Positions 7,112 to 16,574 of a stretch of 42,650 bases of DNA are shown here, piece by piece. The position numbers and the translations under genes were made by a program. The notes under the pieces are model-generated. The model worked only from the letters and a program-made list of their open reading frames with translations. It was not told where the DNA came from and searched no databases. Source of the DNA: Candidatus Nanopelagicales bacterium (GTDB lineage: Bacteria > Actinomycetota > Actinomycetes > S36-B12 > UBA10799); the NCBI GenBank assembly GCA_044326505.1, contig JBIRBF010000002.1:1-42650 (forward strand). The letters run 5' to 3'. Position 1 is the stretch's first letter. Each line of letters opens with the position of its first letter.

Positions 7112-8961
7112 AGTCCGAGGACATCAACCTCGTCGAGCTGCTGGATTTCCGCCCCGAGTCCGGGCAAATCCTGCTCAATGGGCATCGCATGCTCATGTTC
7201 AGCCAGCGCGCTCTGGCGACCCTCAGAGAGTTGATCGTGACCCACCTCGGCCACGAGTTCGCCGCCGCGATCCTCACCCAGTTCGGCAACACGTGCGGCC
7301 GCGAGGACTTCGCGAGCATCGCAGCCGAGAGCGAGTGGGACTCCGACGCCGACCGGATCGCGTCCGGACCCGTCCTGCACAGTTGGGAGGGCATCGTGCA
7401 CGTGACACCCACCGCATTGGAGTATGACCGAACCACCGGCGAATTCCTCATGGCTGGGCAGTGGCGCAACTCCTACGAGGCCCAGAACTACCGGAGGAGT
7501 TTCGGCCCCAGCGAGCACCCCGTGTGCTGGTCGCTTGCCGGCTACGCGTCGGGCTGGTCGAGCGCGTTCTTCGGCGCCGAGTTGTTGGCCATCGAGACCA
7601 GCTGCACGGCGATGGGCGACGACCTATGCCGCTTCGAGATCCGTCCGAGGGACAGGTGGGGACCCATCGCCGACCCCTGGCGGCGCGCACAGAGTGCAAC
7701 CCCTGAATCAGTGACCTCTTACATGGAGGAACTCGTCACGGCACGCACGGCGGAACTCGCCATGTCCAACCAGCGTCTTTCTGACGCTCGGGACGCCGCC
7801 GAGCGAGCCAACAGAGTCAAAGGGCAGTTTCTGGCCAATATCAGCCATGAGCTGCGCACCCCCATGAACGGCGTGGTGGGCCTCGCCGAGGTGCTGCGCG
7901 ACTCGGACCTCGATGACGATCAACGACGTCTCGTCGATCTGATCATCGATTCGGCTGCTCAGGAGGTGGCCGTGGTGAGCGACATCCTCGACTACGCCAC
8001 GATCGAGTCCGCAACACCCGTCGCCGAGCGCTCCCCGGTGGACCTCGACGAGGTGCTGAGCGCGATGGTATCCGCGTACGCACCGCTCGCGGCCACAAAG
8101 GGGGTTCTGCTCTTACGCCGGCCGAGCCCCGACGCCGCACCCACGGTGCTCACCGACAGAGGCAAACTCAAACAGATCCTTGCCACGATCGTCAGCAACG
8201 CGATCAAGTTCACCCCGCCCGCGGGAAGCGTCGAGTTGTACTGCCGAGTCAACTCACACGACGTGGCCATTGCGATCGCTGACACCGGGATAGGCATCTC
8301 CGAGGATGCGGTGGAGGAACTCTTCGCGCCCTTCGAGCAGGCCGACGTATCACGCACCCGCAGGTTCGGCGGCACCGGTCTGGGCCTGGCGATCTGCCGC
8401 GAACTGGCGAGCGTCATCGGGGCCCGGGTGGAGGTGAGCAGCGTCCTGGGCGAGGGATCGACGTTCCTCATCACGCTGCCTGGCAGGCCCATAGCCGCGT
8501 CCGCGGCGACAGGGGGCACCCAAGCCCTTCACCCCGCCCACCTGAGCGGGAAAGGCGACGGCCCCGCCGGGTCGCTCAAGGTCCTCGTGGCAGACGACAA
8601 TCGCATCAACGCACTGGTCATCAGCCGGCTGTTGCAGTCGTTGGACTGCCAGGTCACGGCCGTGGGCGACGGGATGGAGGCGATCGCCGCCTTCGATTCC
8701 GGCGAGTTCGACCTCGTCGTGCTGGACCTGCACATGCCCGAGGCCGACGGGATCGACGTCGTGCGGCACATCCGTCGCTGCGAGAGCGCCGCGCATGCGC
8801 CGCCGCATTACGTGGCTGCCCTCACCGCCGACGCGTTCGCCGAGACTCGCGAGCGCTGCCTCGCGGCTGGCTTCTCCGACTTTCTCACCAAGCCCATCCG
8901 TAAGGAACGGGCGCTCCAACTCGTCGCCGATGCATCGGTCAGTGCCCGGTCGCGGTCCTGA
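7108..8961 (+). CDS. Hybrid histidine kinase with a XylR/DmpR-type A-domain (XylR_N + V4R) sensor - HisKA - HATPase_c - REC
   Basis: The N-terminus aligns by eye with the DmpR/XylR effector domain: [64 protein letters not shown]-box [18 protein letters not shown]. Also [18 protein letters not shown]: VLVADDN ... [13 protein letters not shown] ... TKP. ATG 7108 is in frame with ORF 6157..8961, whose upstream part is a shadow of the flippase gene. Confidence 0.9.
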   Translation: MKSEDINLVELLDFRPESGQILLNGHRMLMFSQRALATLRELIVTHLGHEFAAAILTQFGNTCGREDFASIAAESEWDSDADRIASGPVLHSWEGIVHVTPTALEYDRTTGEFLMAGQWRNSYEAQNYRRSFGPSEHPVCWSLAGYASGWSSAFFGAELLAIETSCTAMGDDLCRFEIRPRDRWGPIADPWRRAQSATPESVTSYMEELVTARTAELAMSNQRLSDARDAAERANRVKGQFLANISHELRTPMNGVVGLAEVLRDSDLDDDQRRLVDLIIDSAAQEVAVVSDILDYATIESATPVAERSPVDLDEVLSAMVSAYAPLAATKGVLLLRRPSPDAAPTVLTDRGKLKQILATIVSNAIKFTPPAGSVELYCRVNSHDVAIAIADTGIGISEDAVEELFAPFEQADVSRTRRFGGTGLGLAICRELASVIGARVEVSSVLGEGSTFLITLPGRPIAASAATGGTQALHPAHLSGKGDGPAGSLKVLVADDNRINALVISRLLQSLDCQVTAVGDGMEAIAAFDSGEFDLVVLDLHMPEADGIDVVRHIRRCESAAHAPPHYVAALTADAFAETRERCLAAGFSDFLTKPIRKERALQLVADASVSARSRS

Positions 8962-11900
8962 GCCAGGGGTCAAGCGCGGCGCGAAGACCCTGCAGTGTGT
9001 AGGGCTTGGTGAGGTAGGAGTCCATCCCCGCGGCGAGACATTCCTCCTCCGTGCCGGCCATTGCGTCGGCGGTGAGGGCAACCACCGGGGTGCGCCGCCC
9101 ATCCTCACGCAGGCGCAAGGCGCGGGTGGCCTCGAAGCCGTCCATCACGGGCATCTGACAGTCCATGAGCACCAGGTCGAAGTCCGCCTGGAGCATCCGC
9201 GCAAGCGCCTCGGCCCCGTCGTGGGCGACTTCACACTCGACTCCCAGCCGAGCCAGCATTCCCTCGCCCACACGGCAGTTTGTGATGTTGTCCTCCACCA
9301 ACAAGACCTTGCCCTCGAGATGCCCGTCCGCCTTCGCTTCGACCCGATCGACGGAGGTGCGACCCTGCGTCGGCCCGGTGGTCGACGACGTGCCGAGCAG
9401 CTCGCCCACGGTGGCGCGCACCGTCGCCAGCCTCAGCGGCTTCTGCAGCCTCGCGTCGAAGACACCTACGGCCGGGTCGGAGTCGGACAAGCCCGTGGAG
9501 GTCACGAGCACCAGGGGGATGCCCGCCAGCGCCTCGTATCCCCGGATACGTGCGGCGAGCTCGGCTCCGCTGAGCTCCGGCATCTGCATGTCCAGCATCG
9601 CCGCGTCGAAGGGGCGGCCGGACACTGCGGCACCGACGAGCATGCGCCAAGCCTCCAGGCTTCCGCTGGCAGTCGATGTCACCATGCCCATGTCGGCGAG
9701 GTAGGTCGCCAGCACCACCCGGTTGGTGTCGTTGTCATCGACGACGAGCACCCGCCGTCCCGCCACACCGGCCACATCCGGCGGAGCCGCGGGCGCGTCG
9801 GAGACCACCCCGAGCGGCACCTCGAAGCTGAACGTAGTCCCGACCCCTTCGGCGCTGGTCACCCAGATTCGGCCATCCATGAGCGCCACCAACTGCTTGC
9901 AGATGGTCAGACCGAGACCGGTACCCCCGAACCGTCGGGTGGTCGTCGTGTCACCCTGCGCGAATGACTCGAAAATTCCCGTCAACTTGTCCTGCGCGAT
10001 ACCCACACCGGTGTCGGCGACGTCACACCGGACCCTGACCTCGTCCGTTTCCGACGACACCAGCCTCACGGCCACGGCGACCTCCCCCGCACTGGTGAAC
10101 TTGACCGCGTTGCCGACGAGGTTGGACATCACCTGCCGGAGGCGCGTGGGATCGCCGAGTGTCAGCTGCGGGCAGTCGGCGGTCACGAGGCAGGAGATTT
10201 CCAGGCCCCGGGACAGCGCCTGCCCGGAGAACAGCGCCGTCACGTCTTCGGCGAGGGACCTCAGGTCGAAGGGGATTCGCTCGATGCGGACCTTGCCCGC
10301 CTCTATTCGGGAGAAGTCGAGGATGTCGTTGATCACCGTCAGCAGCACCTCCGCTGACGACTGCGCCACAGTGAGGTACTCGTGCTGCCGAGCGTCGAGG
10401 TCGGTCACGCCGAGCAGGTCGAGCATGCCCAGGACCCCGTTCATGGGGGTGCGAATCTCGTGGCTCATGTTGGCCAGGAACGCAGACTTGGCTTGGGCCG
10501 CGTCTTCGGCAGCCTTGCGCGCGTCCACCGCGGCCCGACGTGCGTCCTCGGCGGCCCGCCAGGCACGATCCTCCGCGATCGACAGGGCCATCATGTCCCC
10601 GATCGCCAGCACGGCGTCGCGCAGGGAGTCGTTGCGTACGATGGGTCCCTCGGCGAACAGGGCCAGGTGACCGACGAGCCCCGGTTCGGGGCTGATGGGA
10701 ATCACCATCCCCATCACGGCATCCGATGTGGGCCCTCCAGCATCAGGCCCGATCCGCAACGGCCCCTCGACGCTGCCCAGCGGTCGGCCCAGGCTCGCCT
10801 CGACCCGGTCCACCCAGCTGTCGGCGTGGGGGCCGTAGGCCAGTTCCAAGTCGGGCACGCCCAAGTCCGAAACGCCCACTCGAAGACCCCCGCTCCAACG
10901 CCCCCCCTCATCGGTGACCAACTCCTCACAGAGGATCCGCAGCACCGACTCGAGCCGCTCCGCCAGCTCGGACGAGCCGTGCAGGGCCGCACCGCATTCC
11001 ACTCGCAGTCGCGCCGCCAGGGCCTCGCCTCGCTGGCGCCCCTCCCGCCTCACAGCTTCCGAGATGTCGCGCTGCAGCGCGACGTACCCGAGCAGGTCCC
11101 CCGAGGATGAGAAGTAGGGCGCAATCGTGGACTGCACCCAGAAGTCCTCGCCGGAGTCCCCCGCATCCGCGTCGTCCGTTGCGACGCGGCGGCGGTTGAC
11201 CAGGCGTCCGCTCCATGGACGCCCAGATGCCAGCCTGGCCCACATCGCCTCGTAGACGACCGGGTCGGTGCGGCCGCTCTTGAGCACCTGCGGCGTCTGA
11301 CCCAGGATATCCGTCCGAGACCACCCTGTGATCTCCGCGAAAGCCTGGTTGGCGTACTCGATGGTGCCGTCGGGCGCGGTGATGTAGATGGCGTCGGCGC
11401 TGGCATCCACCGCAAGCGCCAGACGGCGCAGCCTGCGGTCGTCGTCGATGCGGTCGCTGATATCGCGGATCGTCAGCCCGATCGCCGCAAGTGCACCCGC
11501 CTCACGGATGGGGAACATCAGCAGGGACACGGGCACCGTGGAACCATCTGCGGACTTGAGCAGCGCCTCGTCGTCGCGCACCGCCCCCTCTGCGCCGAGA
11601 TGCGCTCCGATGGCCGAAGCGTCAGCGTCGAGCCACGGCGTCGGACCACTCAGGGCCAGGCGCGGCAGGATGCGGGCACCGATCGACAGGGGACCCAGAA
11701 GGTCCTCCGCCGCGGGGTTCCACGAGCGCACGCCGCCTTCGAGATCGAGCCGGACGAAGCCGTCGGAGAGCGCATTGATGATCGCCGAGAGCCGATCGCG
11801 CTCGGCCGCTACCCGGGTGTCGGCGCGTCGGCGGAGCTCCGCGTTGAGTTCAGTCATCTCGGCAGCCACGGTGCTCATGGAACGCTGCAACAGATATCGG

Positions 11901-12037
11901 TCCTGGCTGCCCTCCTCGTAGGCCTTGGACACCCTCGCCAGGAGCGCCTGCCACTGGCCTGCGTCCGCCGGCGGGTCCTCCGCTTTGAGCTTCAGCCGAT
12001 CGAGTTGGCGGCGCAGCGTCGGGTGAATCGCATCCAT
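8939..12037 (-). CDS. Large hybrid histidine kinase: coiled-coil N-terminus - PAS x2 - GAF-like - HisKA - HATPase_c - REC - REC
   Basis: 1032 aa. PAS block [26 protein letters not shown]-box [18 protein letters not shown]. Also [15 protein letters not shown]. Two receivers ([18 protein letters not shown] and [23 protein letters not shown]). No HPt. Starts 8 nt after the FIST gene stop. Confidence 0.9.
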   Translation of the reverse strand: MDAIHPTLRRQLDRLKLKAEDPPADAGQWQALLARVSKAYEEGSQDRYLLQRSMSTVAAEMTELNAELRRRADTRVAAERDRLSAIINALSDGFVRLDLEGGVRSWNPAAEDLLGPLSIGARILPRLALSGPTPWLDADASAIGAHLGAEGAVRDDEALLKSADGSTVPVSLLMFPIREAGALAAIGLTIRDISDRIDDDRRLRRLALAVDASADAIYITAPDGTIEYANQAFAEITGWSRTDILGQTPQVLKSGRTDPVVYEAMWARLASGRPWSGRLVNRRRVATDDADAGDSGEDFWVQSTIAPYFSSSGDLLGYVALQRDISEAVRREGRQRGEALAARLRVECGAALHGSSELAERLESVLRILCEELVTDEGGRWSGGLRVGVSDLGVPDLELAYGPHADSWVDRVEASLGRPLGSVEGPLRIGPDAGGPTSDAVMGMVIPISPEPGLVGHLALFAEGPIVRNDSLRDAVLAIGDMMALSIAEDRAWRAAEDARRAAVDARKAAEDAAQAKSAFLANMSHEIRTPMNGVLGMLDLLGVTDLDARQHEYLTVAQSSAEVLLTVINDILDFSRIEAGKVRIERIPFDLRSLAEDVTALFSGQALSRGLEISCLVTADCPQLTLGDPTRLRQVMSNLVGNAVKFTSAGEVAVAVRLVSSETDEVRVRCDVADTGVGIAQDKLTGIFESFAQGDTTTTRRFGGTGLGLTICKQLVALMDGRIWVTSAEGVGTTFSFEVPLGVVSDAPAAPPDVAGVAGRRVLVVDDNDTNRVVLATYLADMGMVTSTASGSLEAWRMLVGAAVSGRPFDAAMLDMQMPELSGAELAARIRGYEALAGIPLVLVTSTGLSDSDPAVGVFDARLQKPLRLATVRATVGELLGTSSTTGPTQGRTSVDRVEAKADGHLEGKVLLVEDNITNCRVGEGMLARLGVECEVAHDGAEALARMLQADFDLVLMDCQMPVMDGFEATRALRLREDGRRTPVVALTADAMAGTEEECLAAGMDSYLTKPYTLQGLRAALDPWLRTATGH

Positions 12038-12045
12038 CTCGGACC

Positions 12046-13173
12046 TCAGACCTCGTGGAACGTCGTGAGGGTCATCGTCTGGTTGTGCAGCTCACACACA
12101 CCGGTCACCGTCGGTGATAGCTCGCCGTAGGAGTAGAAGCCCACCTGCAGACTGCCGGGCGGCAGGGTCTGCATCGTGCGTTCGAGTTCCTCCTCAGTGC
12201 TCTCCCCCAACACCATGCGACGTCCCACGCACGAGATCGCCACGGCCAAGACTGGCGGGCCCGAAGTCGTGGGCGACGCTTGCTCGGCGGCGTCGAGGGC
12301 ACCATCGACCAGTTGCTCCGACCCTGCCCCCATCAACTGCGCGAGCCAGCCCTGCGGAACGTCCCCGGCGAAGATCATGGCGCCCGAGGACTCGTCCACT
12401 CCGAGCAGCGTGCGCACCAAGGCGCGCGGCGAATCGGGGGACTCGCGCACCGCCAGGGGGAACCGGAGGCCGCTTGCCGGCAGATTCTCGGCCAGGTCTC
12501 CGAGGTACTGGCGGTAAAGCGCAAGCGCTGGGCGATCGTCAAGTTCCAGTAGTACGTTGCCCTGCGACTTGGTGATGAGACGCTCGGGGCCGAACCCCTC
12601 CCAACCGCCCCGCGATCCATGGCCGATTCGGATGCGGTCGCCGTAGAAGCCAACCGCGGTGGCCACACCCTCCTGCGCCCTGCCCCCGGCGATCACCCAC
12701 GTGCCTTCGAAGTCCGTCCCGTCTCCGGCGAGCCCACCCGTGACCAGCACCTGCGGGGGTAGTCCCGCGGCGAGCCCCCGCACGAGGTCGCTGCCATTGA
12801 CCTGCAGACCCGGAGCGACCACCAAGACCGCACGCAGACCTTCCTGGACAAACTGGGCGCCGAGAGCCCGCCCGCATGCGAGGGATTCCGAGGGTTCGGT
12901 CAGCGGCGCCGAAACTGAGGCGAGAGTGGTGCCGTCGAAGCGCACGACTGCAGCAGTGACCGTGTGGTCGAAGACCCCGTCGCCCAGAATCTCGCCAGCA
13001 CTCGAGCAGCCCAGGTGCACCGACTGTGGGAACCGTGCCAACAACTCGCCGATCCGCTCACGCTCGTCCCGGCCGCCGAAGGCCAGCACCAGCGTGCTGG
13101 GGCCGTCAAGTTCCGTCGGCGGCGCAGCCACCCAGCGGCCGTGCCCGTCCAGTTGGCATCGGCGCATCTGCAT
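12046..13173 (-). CDS. FIST (FIST_N + FIST_C) sensory domain protein
   Basis: Motifs: [12 protein letters not shown] (FIST_N) and [11 protein letters not shown]....[15 protein letters not shown] (FIST_C hallmark). Start placed at ATG 13173 (GGAGG 5 nt upstream). GTG 13215 is the longest option. Confidence 0.85.
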   Translation of the reverse strand: MQMRRCQLDGHGRWVAAPPTELDGPSTLVLAFGGRDERERIGELLARFPQSVHLGCSSAGEILGDGVFDHTVTAAVVRFDGTTLASVSAPLTEPSESLACGRALGAQFVQEGLRAVLVVAPGLQVNGSDLVRGLAAGLPPQVLVTGGLAGDGTDFEGTWVIAGGRAQEGVATAVGFYGDRIRIGHGSRGGWEGFGPERLITKSQGNVLLELDDRPALALYRQYLGDLAENLPASGLRFPLAVRESPDSPRALVRTLLGVDESSGAMIFAGDVPQGWLAQLMGAGSEQLVDGALDAAEQASPTTSGPPVLAVAISCVGRRMVLGESTEEELERTMQTLPPGSLQVGFYSYGELSPTVTGVCELHNQTMTLTTFHEV

Positions 13174-13304
13174 CCTGACCTCCACCTCGGCGCCCACCCG
13201 CGGCGCCTGCGACACCGACGCGGTCGGCTGCGCCCCTCCAGTGTGGCATGCACAGGTCTAGCCGGATCCTCCCCCCAGCGCCCCCGACCAGGCATCCGAG
13301 TGGT

Positions 13305-13721
13305 TCACGTGAGCCAACGGGCACCGAGCTGCTCGATACCCTCGACGAGCCCGGCGGCAGCACCGCGAGGCACCACCGGACCGGGTGTCCACGCGAGCGC
13401 GTCGAACGGGCATACCTCCACACAGACGCCGCAGAACATGCACAGGCCGAAGTCGATCGCGAAGGCGTCCAGCACCTTGACCTTGCGCGTCCGTCCGCGC
13501 GGCCGGCCGCTGCCCGGCGCCGTCGGATCACCAACAGGCTGCTGCTCCTCGACGTGCGCGGCCAGCGAGATGCACCAGGTGGGGCACTCGGCCACACAGA
13601 TGTTGCAGGCGGTGCAGGCCGGCGGCAGCAAGGCGATGGCGCCATGCGGGGCGATCGGGTTCAGGTCCGTCCGGCCCTCCGTCGCCCCGGCCGGGTCCTT
13701 GGCGCTCACGGACGCTCCCAT
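13305..13721 (-). CDS. NuoI-like 2x[4Fe-4S] ferredoxin (paralogue, not part of the main nuo operon)
   Basis: Two CxxCxxCxxxCP motifs: CTACNICVAECP and CMFCGVCVEVCP, the second in the NuoI-type context IDFGLCMFCG. ATG 13721 is used here. GTG 13709 (GGGAG SD 5 nt upstream, GTGA overlap with the upstream stop) is at least as good. The TTG 13778 of the ORF track is unlikely. Confidence 0.75.
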   Translation of the reverse strand: MGASVSAKDPAGATEGRTDLNPIAPHGAIALLPPACTACNICVAECPTWCISLAAHVEEQQPVGDPTAPGSGRPRGRTRKVKVLDAFAIDFGLCMFCGVCVEVCPFDALAWTPGPVVPRGAAAGLVEGIEQLGARWLT

Positions 13722-14212
13722 TCCTTGTTGATTCCCGGCACTCGGGCGCGCCGGCCTGCCTCTCGGGCGCCAGGCCAAGGGGTGCTCAGCCGGCGCTCCA
13801 AGGGCGTGCCGCGCCGCAGCGGTGGCGGAGTTCCGGCCGGCAGCAGCAGCGGCCGATGATCCCCGCCGACGAACCGCACCCCGAGCATCTCGGCCGTCTC
13901 GCGCTCGTGCCAGTCCGCACCCTCGAACACCTCGCGCACGCTCTCCAGGTCCTCGTCCGCGCCCAACTGCGTGCGCACCAGCACATCCTCGTACTCGGTC
14001 TGCACGAGCGCGACAACCTGGGTGCCCCCCGATCCGTCATCAACTCCGCCGAGCCAGTCGAGCCAGGCACCCACGTCACGCGCCGCGCGCAGCACCACCG
14101 GCCAACTCGCCGGCTCCACGTCCAGGCACCCGACGCCGGCGGCATCCCCGAGTGACTCACTCGAGCCGGACTCCGCGGCCCGCAGCACCACATCGAGCAG
14201 CAGCCCACTCAT
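13706..14212 (-). CDS. NuoC-like (complex I 30-kDa subunit family) paralogue
   Basis: 168 aa. GADWHERETAEMLGVRFVGGDHRPLLLP....PLRRG parallels the authentic NuoC of this window ([28 protein letters not shown]...PQRKD). ATGA overlap with the upstream NuoB-like gene (14209-14212). Confidence 0.7.
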   Translation of the reverse strand: MSGLLLDVVLRAAESGSSESLGDAAGVGCLDVEPASWPVVLRAARDVGAWLDWLGGVDDGSGGTQVVALVQTEYEDVLVRTQLGADEDLESVREVFEGADWHERETAEMLGVRFVGGDHRPLLLPAGTPPPLRRGTPLERRLSTPWPGAREAGRRARVPGINKEWERP

Positions 14213-14709
14213 GGCGCCTCCCCCAGCAGGCCGACTACAGCCTCACGAATGGCACTGGGCACCGCCTCCGGCCGCGGCGGGCAGCCGGCGACCTCGATCG
14301 CGCCCGGCAGTGCGTCCCGGAGTCCAGGCACAACCGAATACGAGTCCCAATACGGTCCGCCGGACAGCGTGCAGGCTCCGAAGGCAACGGCTGCCCGGGG
14401 CTCGGGCAGCTCCTCGAACGCGGCGACGACGTCGGGCAGCGTCACGTGCGTGACAGTCCCCGCAACCACGAGCACGTGCGCCTGCACGCCAGCGCCGGCA
14501 GCCGAATCGATCCGCCGCAGCCCCTCGTCGAGCTCCACTGCGCAGCATGCAAGCCGGAGCGGCACGATTCGCACCGTTCGCCCGTCGACGATCGCATCCA
14601 CGCGACCAGGGTATGCCTCTCGAGCAGCAAGATCGGCGCGCCTACACTTGAAGGGTAGGCAGTCTGAGCCGACACCCGCGTGCGCGGCAAGCCCGCGCCC
14701 GATTCGCAC
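14209..14709 (-). CDS. NuoB-like [4Fe-4S] protein (complex I 20-kDa/PSST family) paralogue
   Basis: All four N2-cluster Cys contexts are present: LACCAVE, GACTLSGG, GCPPRPEA. It is collinear with the authentic NuoB ([26 protein letters not shown]). The start is uncertain. ATG 14709 leaves only 8 bp to divergent korA. GTG 14601 is preceded by a TANNNT hexamer (TACCCT) 6 nt upstream and would leave a 116-nt intergenic region. Confidence 0.75.
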   Translation of the reverse strand: MRIGRGLAAHAGVGSDCLPFKCRRADLAAREAYPGRVDAIVDGRTVRIVPLRLACCAVELDEGLRRIDSAAGAGVQAHVLVVAGTVTHVTLPDVVAAFEELPEPRAAVAFGACTLSGGPYWDSYSVVPGLRDALPGAIEVAGCPPRPEAVPSAIREAVVGLLGEAP

Positions 14710-14717
14710 GAGGTCGA

Positions 14718-16574
14718 ATGTCCAAGAAGAAGGTCACCAAGGTCAAGCGCGTCATCATCCGCTTCGCCGGCGACTCCGGCGACGGTATGCAGCTCACCGG
14801 CGACCAGTTCACCTCCACCACCGCGGTCTTCGGCAACGACCTCTCGACGCTGCCCGACTTCCCGGCCGAGATCCGCGCACCAGCCGGCACCCTGCCCGGC
14901 GTCAGCGCCTTCCAGTTGCACTTCGCCGACCACGACATCCTCACTCCTGGCGACACCCCCGATGTGCTGGTCGCCATGAACCCTGCAGCACTCAAGGCCA
15001 ACTTGGCCATGATGCCGCGCGGGGCCCAGATCATCGCGAACACCGACGAGTTCACCAAGCGGGCCTTGACCAAGGTCGGATACGACGCCAACCCGCTCGA
15101 GGACGACAGCTTGGACGGGTACCGGCTGCACCCCGTTCCGCTGACGTCGATGACCGTCGCAGCGCTGACCGACTACGACGTCTCGAAGAAGGACGCCGAG
15201 CGGGCCAAGAACATGTTCGCCCTCGGCCTGCTGCTATGGCTCTATAGCCGGCCGCTAGACCACACCGAGACGTTCCTGCACGAGAAGTTCGCCCGCAAGC
15301 CCGAGATCCTCAAAGCCAACATCGCCGCACTGCACGCGGGCTGGAACTACGGCGACACCACCGACGCCTTCGCGATCAAGTACGAGGTCGCCCCGGCTCC
15401 GCAGAAGACCGGCACCTACCGCAACGTCTCGGGCAACCTTGCGCTGTCCTACGGCCTGGTCGCGGCCGCGCACTGCACCAAGCTGCCGCTGTTCCTGGGC
15501 AGCTACCCCATCACCCCGGCCAGCGACATCCTGCACGAGCTCAGCAAGCACAAGCGCTTCGGCGTCGAGACGTTCCAGGCCGAGGACGAGATCGCCGGTA
15601 TCGGCGCCGCCCTTGGTGCCGCGTACGGCGGCGCCCTGGGGGTCACCACGACGTCGGGCCCGGGGATGGCGCTCAAGAGCGAGACCATCGGCCTAGCGGT
15701 GTCCCTCGAGCTGCCGCTCATCATCGTCGATGTGCAACGCGGTGGGCCCTCGACGGGCCTGCCGACCAAGACCGAGCAGTCCGACCTGCTGCAGGCCATG
15801 TTCGGCCGCAACGGCGAGTCGCCGGTGCCGATCGTCGCGCCAAAGTCACCGGGCGACTGCTTCAACGCCGCGATCGAGGCCGCGCGGATCGCGACGACCT
15901 ACCGCACGCCGGTGATCCTGCTCTCCGACGGCTACCTGGCCAACGGCTCTGAGCCCTGGCGCGTGCCCGACCTGTCCGAGTTGCCCGACCTGGCGATCGA
16001 TTTCGCCACCTCGACGAACCACGTCGAGGCCGACGGCACCGAGGTCTTCTGGCCCTTCAAGCGCGATCCGCAGACCCTCGCCAGGCCATGGGCGGTCCCC
16101 GGCACCCCGGGCCTCGAGCACCGCATCGGCGGGATCGAGAAGGCCGACGGCTCGGGGAATATCTCCTACGACGCCGCCAACCACGAGCGGATGGTGCAGT
16201 TGCGCGCCGCCAAGGTGGCCGGCATCACCGTGCCCGACGTCGAGGTGGACGGCCAGGAGGGCGCCGAGGTGCTGGTGGTCGGCTGGGGTTCGACCTTCGG
16301 GCCGATCAGCACCGCTGTGGCACAGGTGCGGGAGGCCGGCGGCAAAGTCGCCCACGCCCATCTGCGCCACCTCAACCCGTTCCCAGCCAACCTCGGCGAG
16401 GTCCTACGGGCGTACCCGACGGTGCTGGTACCGGAGATGAACACGGGCCAACTGGCCCTGCTGCTGCGCGGCACCTACCTGGTCGATGCCCAGCGCATCA
16501 CCAAGGTGCAGGGCCAGCCCTTCACCGCTGCCGAGCTGCAGCACGCAATCGAGGAGGCGACCGACCGTGGCTGA
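14718..16574 (+). CDS. korA: 2-oxoglutarate:ferredoxin (acceptor) oxidoreductase, alpha subunit
   Basis: 618 aa. The N-terminus RFAGDSGDGMQLTGDQFT....FGNDLSTLPDFPAEIRAPAGT is typical of KorA/2-oxoacid:acceptor oxidoreductases. GAGG SD lies 5 nt before the ATG. Confidence 0.9.
   Translation: MSKKKVTKVKRVIIRFAGDSGDGMQLTGDQFTSTTAVFGNDLSTLPDFPAEIRAPAGTLPGVSAFQLHFADHDILTPGDTPDVLVAMNPAALKANLAMMPRGAQIIANTDEFTKRALTKVGYDANPLEDDSLDGYRLHPVPLTSMTVAALTDYDVSKKDAERAKNMFALGLLLWLYSRPLDHTETFLHEKFARKPEILKANIAALHAGWNYGDTTDAFAIKYEVAPAPQKTGTYRNVSGNLALSYGLVAAAHCTKLPLFLGSYPITPASDILHELSKHKRFGVETFQAEDEIAGIGAALGAAYGGALGVTTTSGPGMALKSETIGLAVSLELPLIIVDVQRGGPSTGLPTKTEQSDLLQAMFGRNGESPVPIVAPKSPGDCFNAAIEAARIATTYRTPVILLSDGYLANGSEPWRVPDLSELPDLAIDFATSTNHVEADGTEVFWPFKRDPQTLARPWAVPGTPGLEHRIGGIEKADGSGNISYDAANHERMVQLRAAKVAGITVPDVEVDGQEGAEVLVVGWGSTFGPISTAVAQVREAGGKVAHAHLRHLNPFPANLGEVLRAYPTVLVPEMNTGQLALLLRGTYLVDAQRITKVQGQPFTAAELQHAIEEATDRG

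Noticed and set aside
13722-13778. TTG 13778 start for the NuoI-like gene, as given in the ORF track.
   Set aside because: The extension is Arg/Pro-rich, overlaps the NuoC-like gene by 73 nt and uses a rare start. ATG 13721 or GTG 13709 (with a GGGAG SD) explain the data better.
13216-14709. Search for a hidden NuoD/large-subunit-like or membrane-subunit ORF next to the NuoB/C/I-like trio.
   Set aside because: No frame in this interval has an unexplained ORF long enough. The other listed ORFs here (for example 13822-14658, 12964-13731, 13248-13859) are shadow frames of the three genes.
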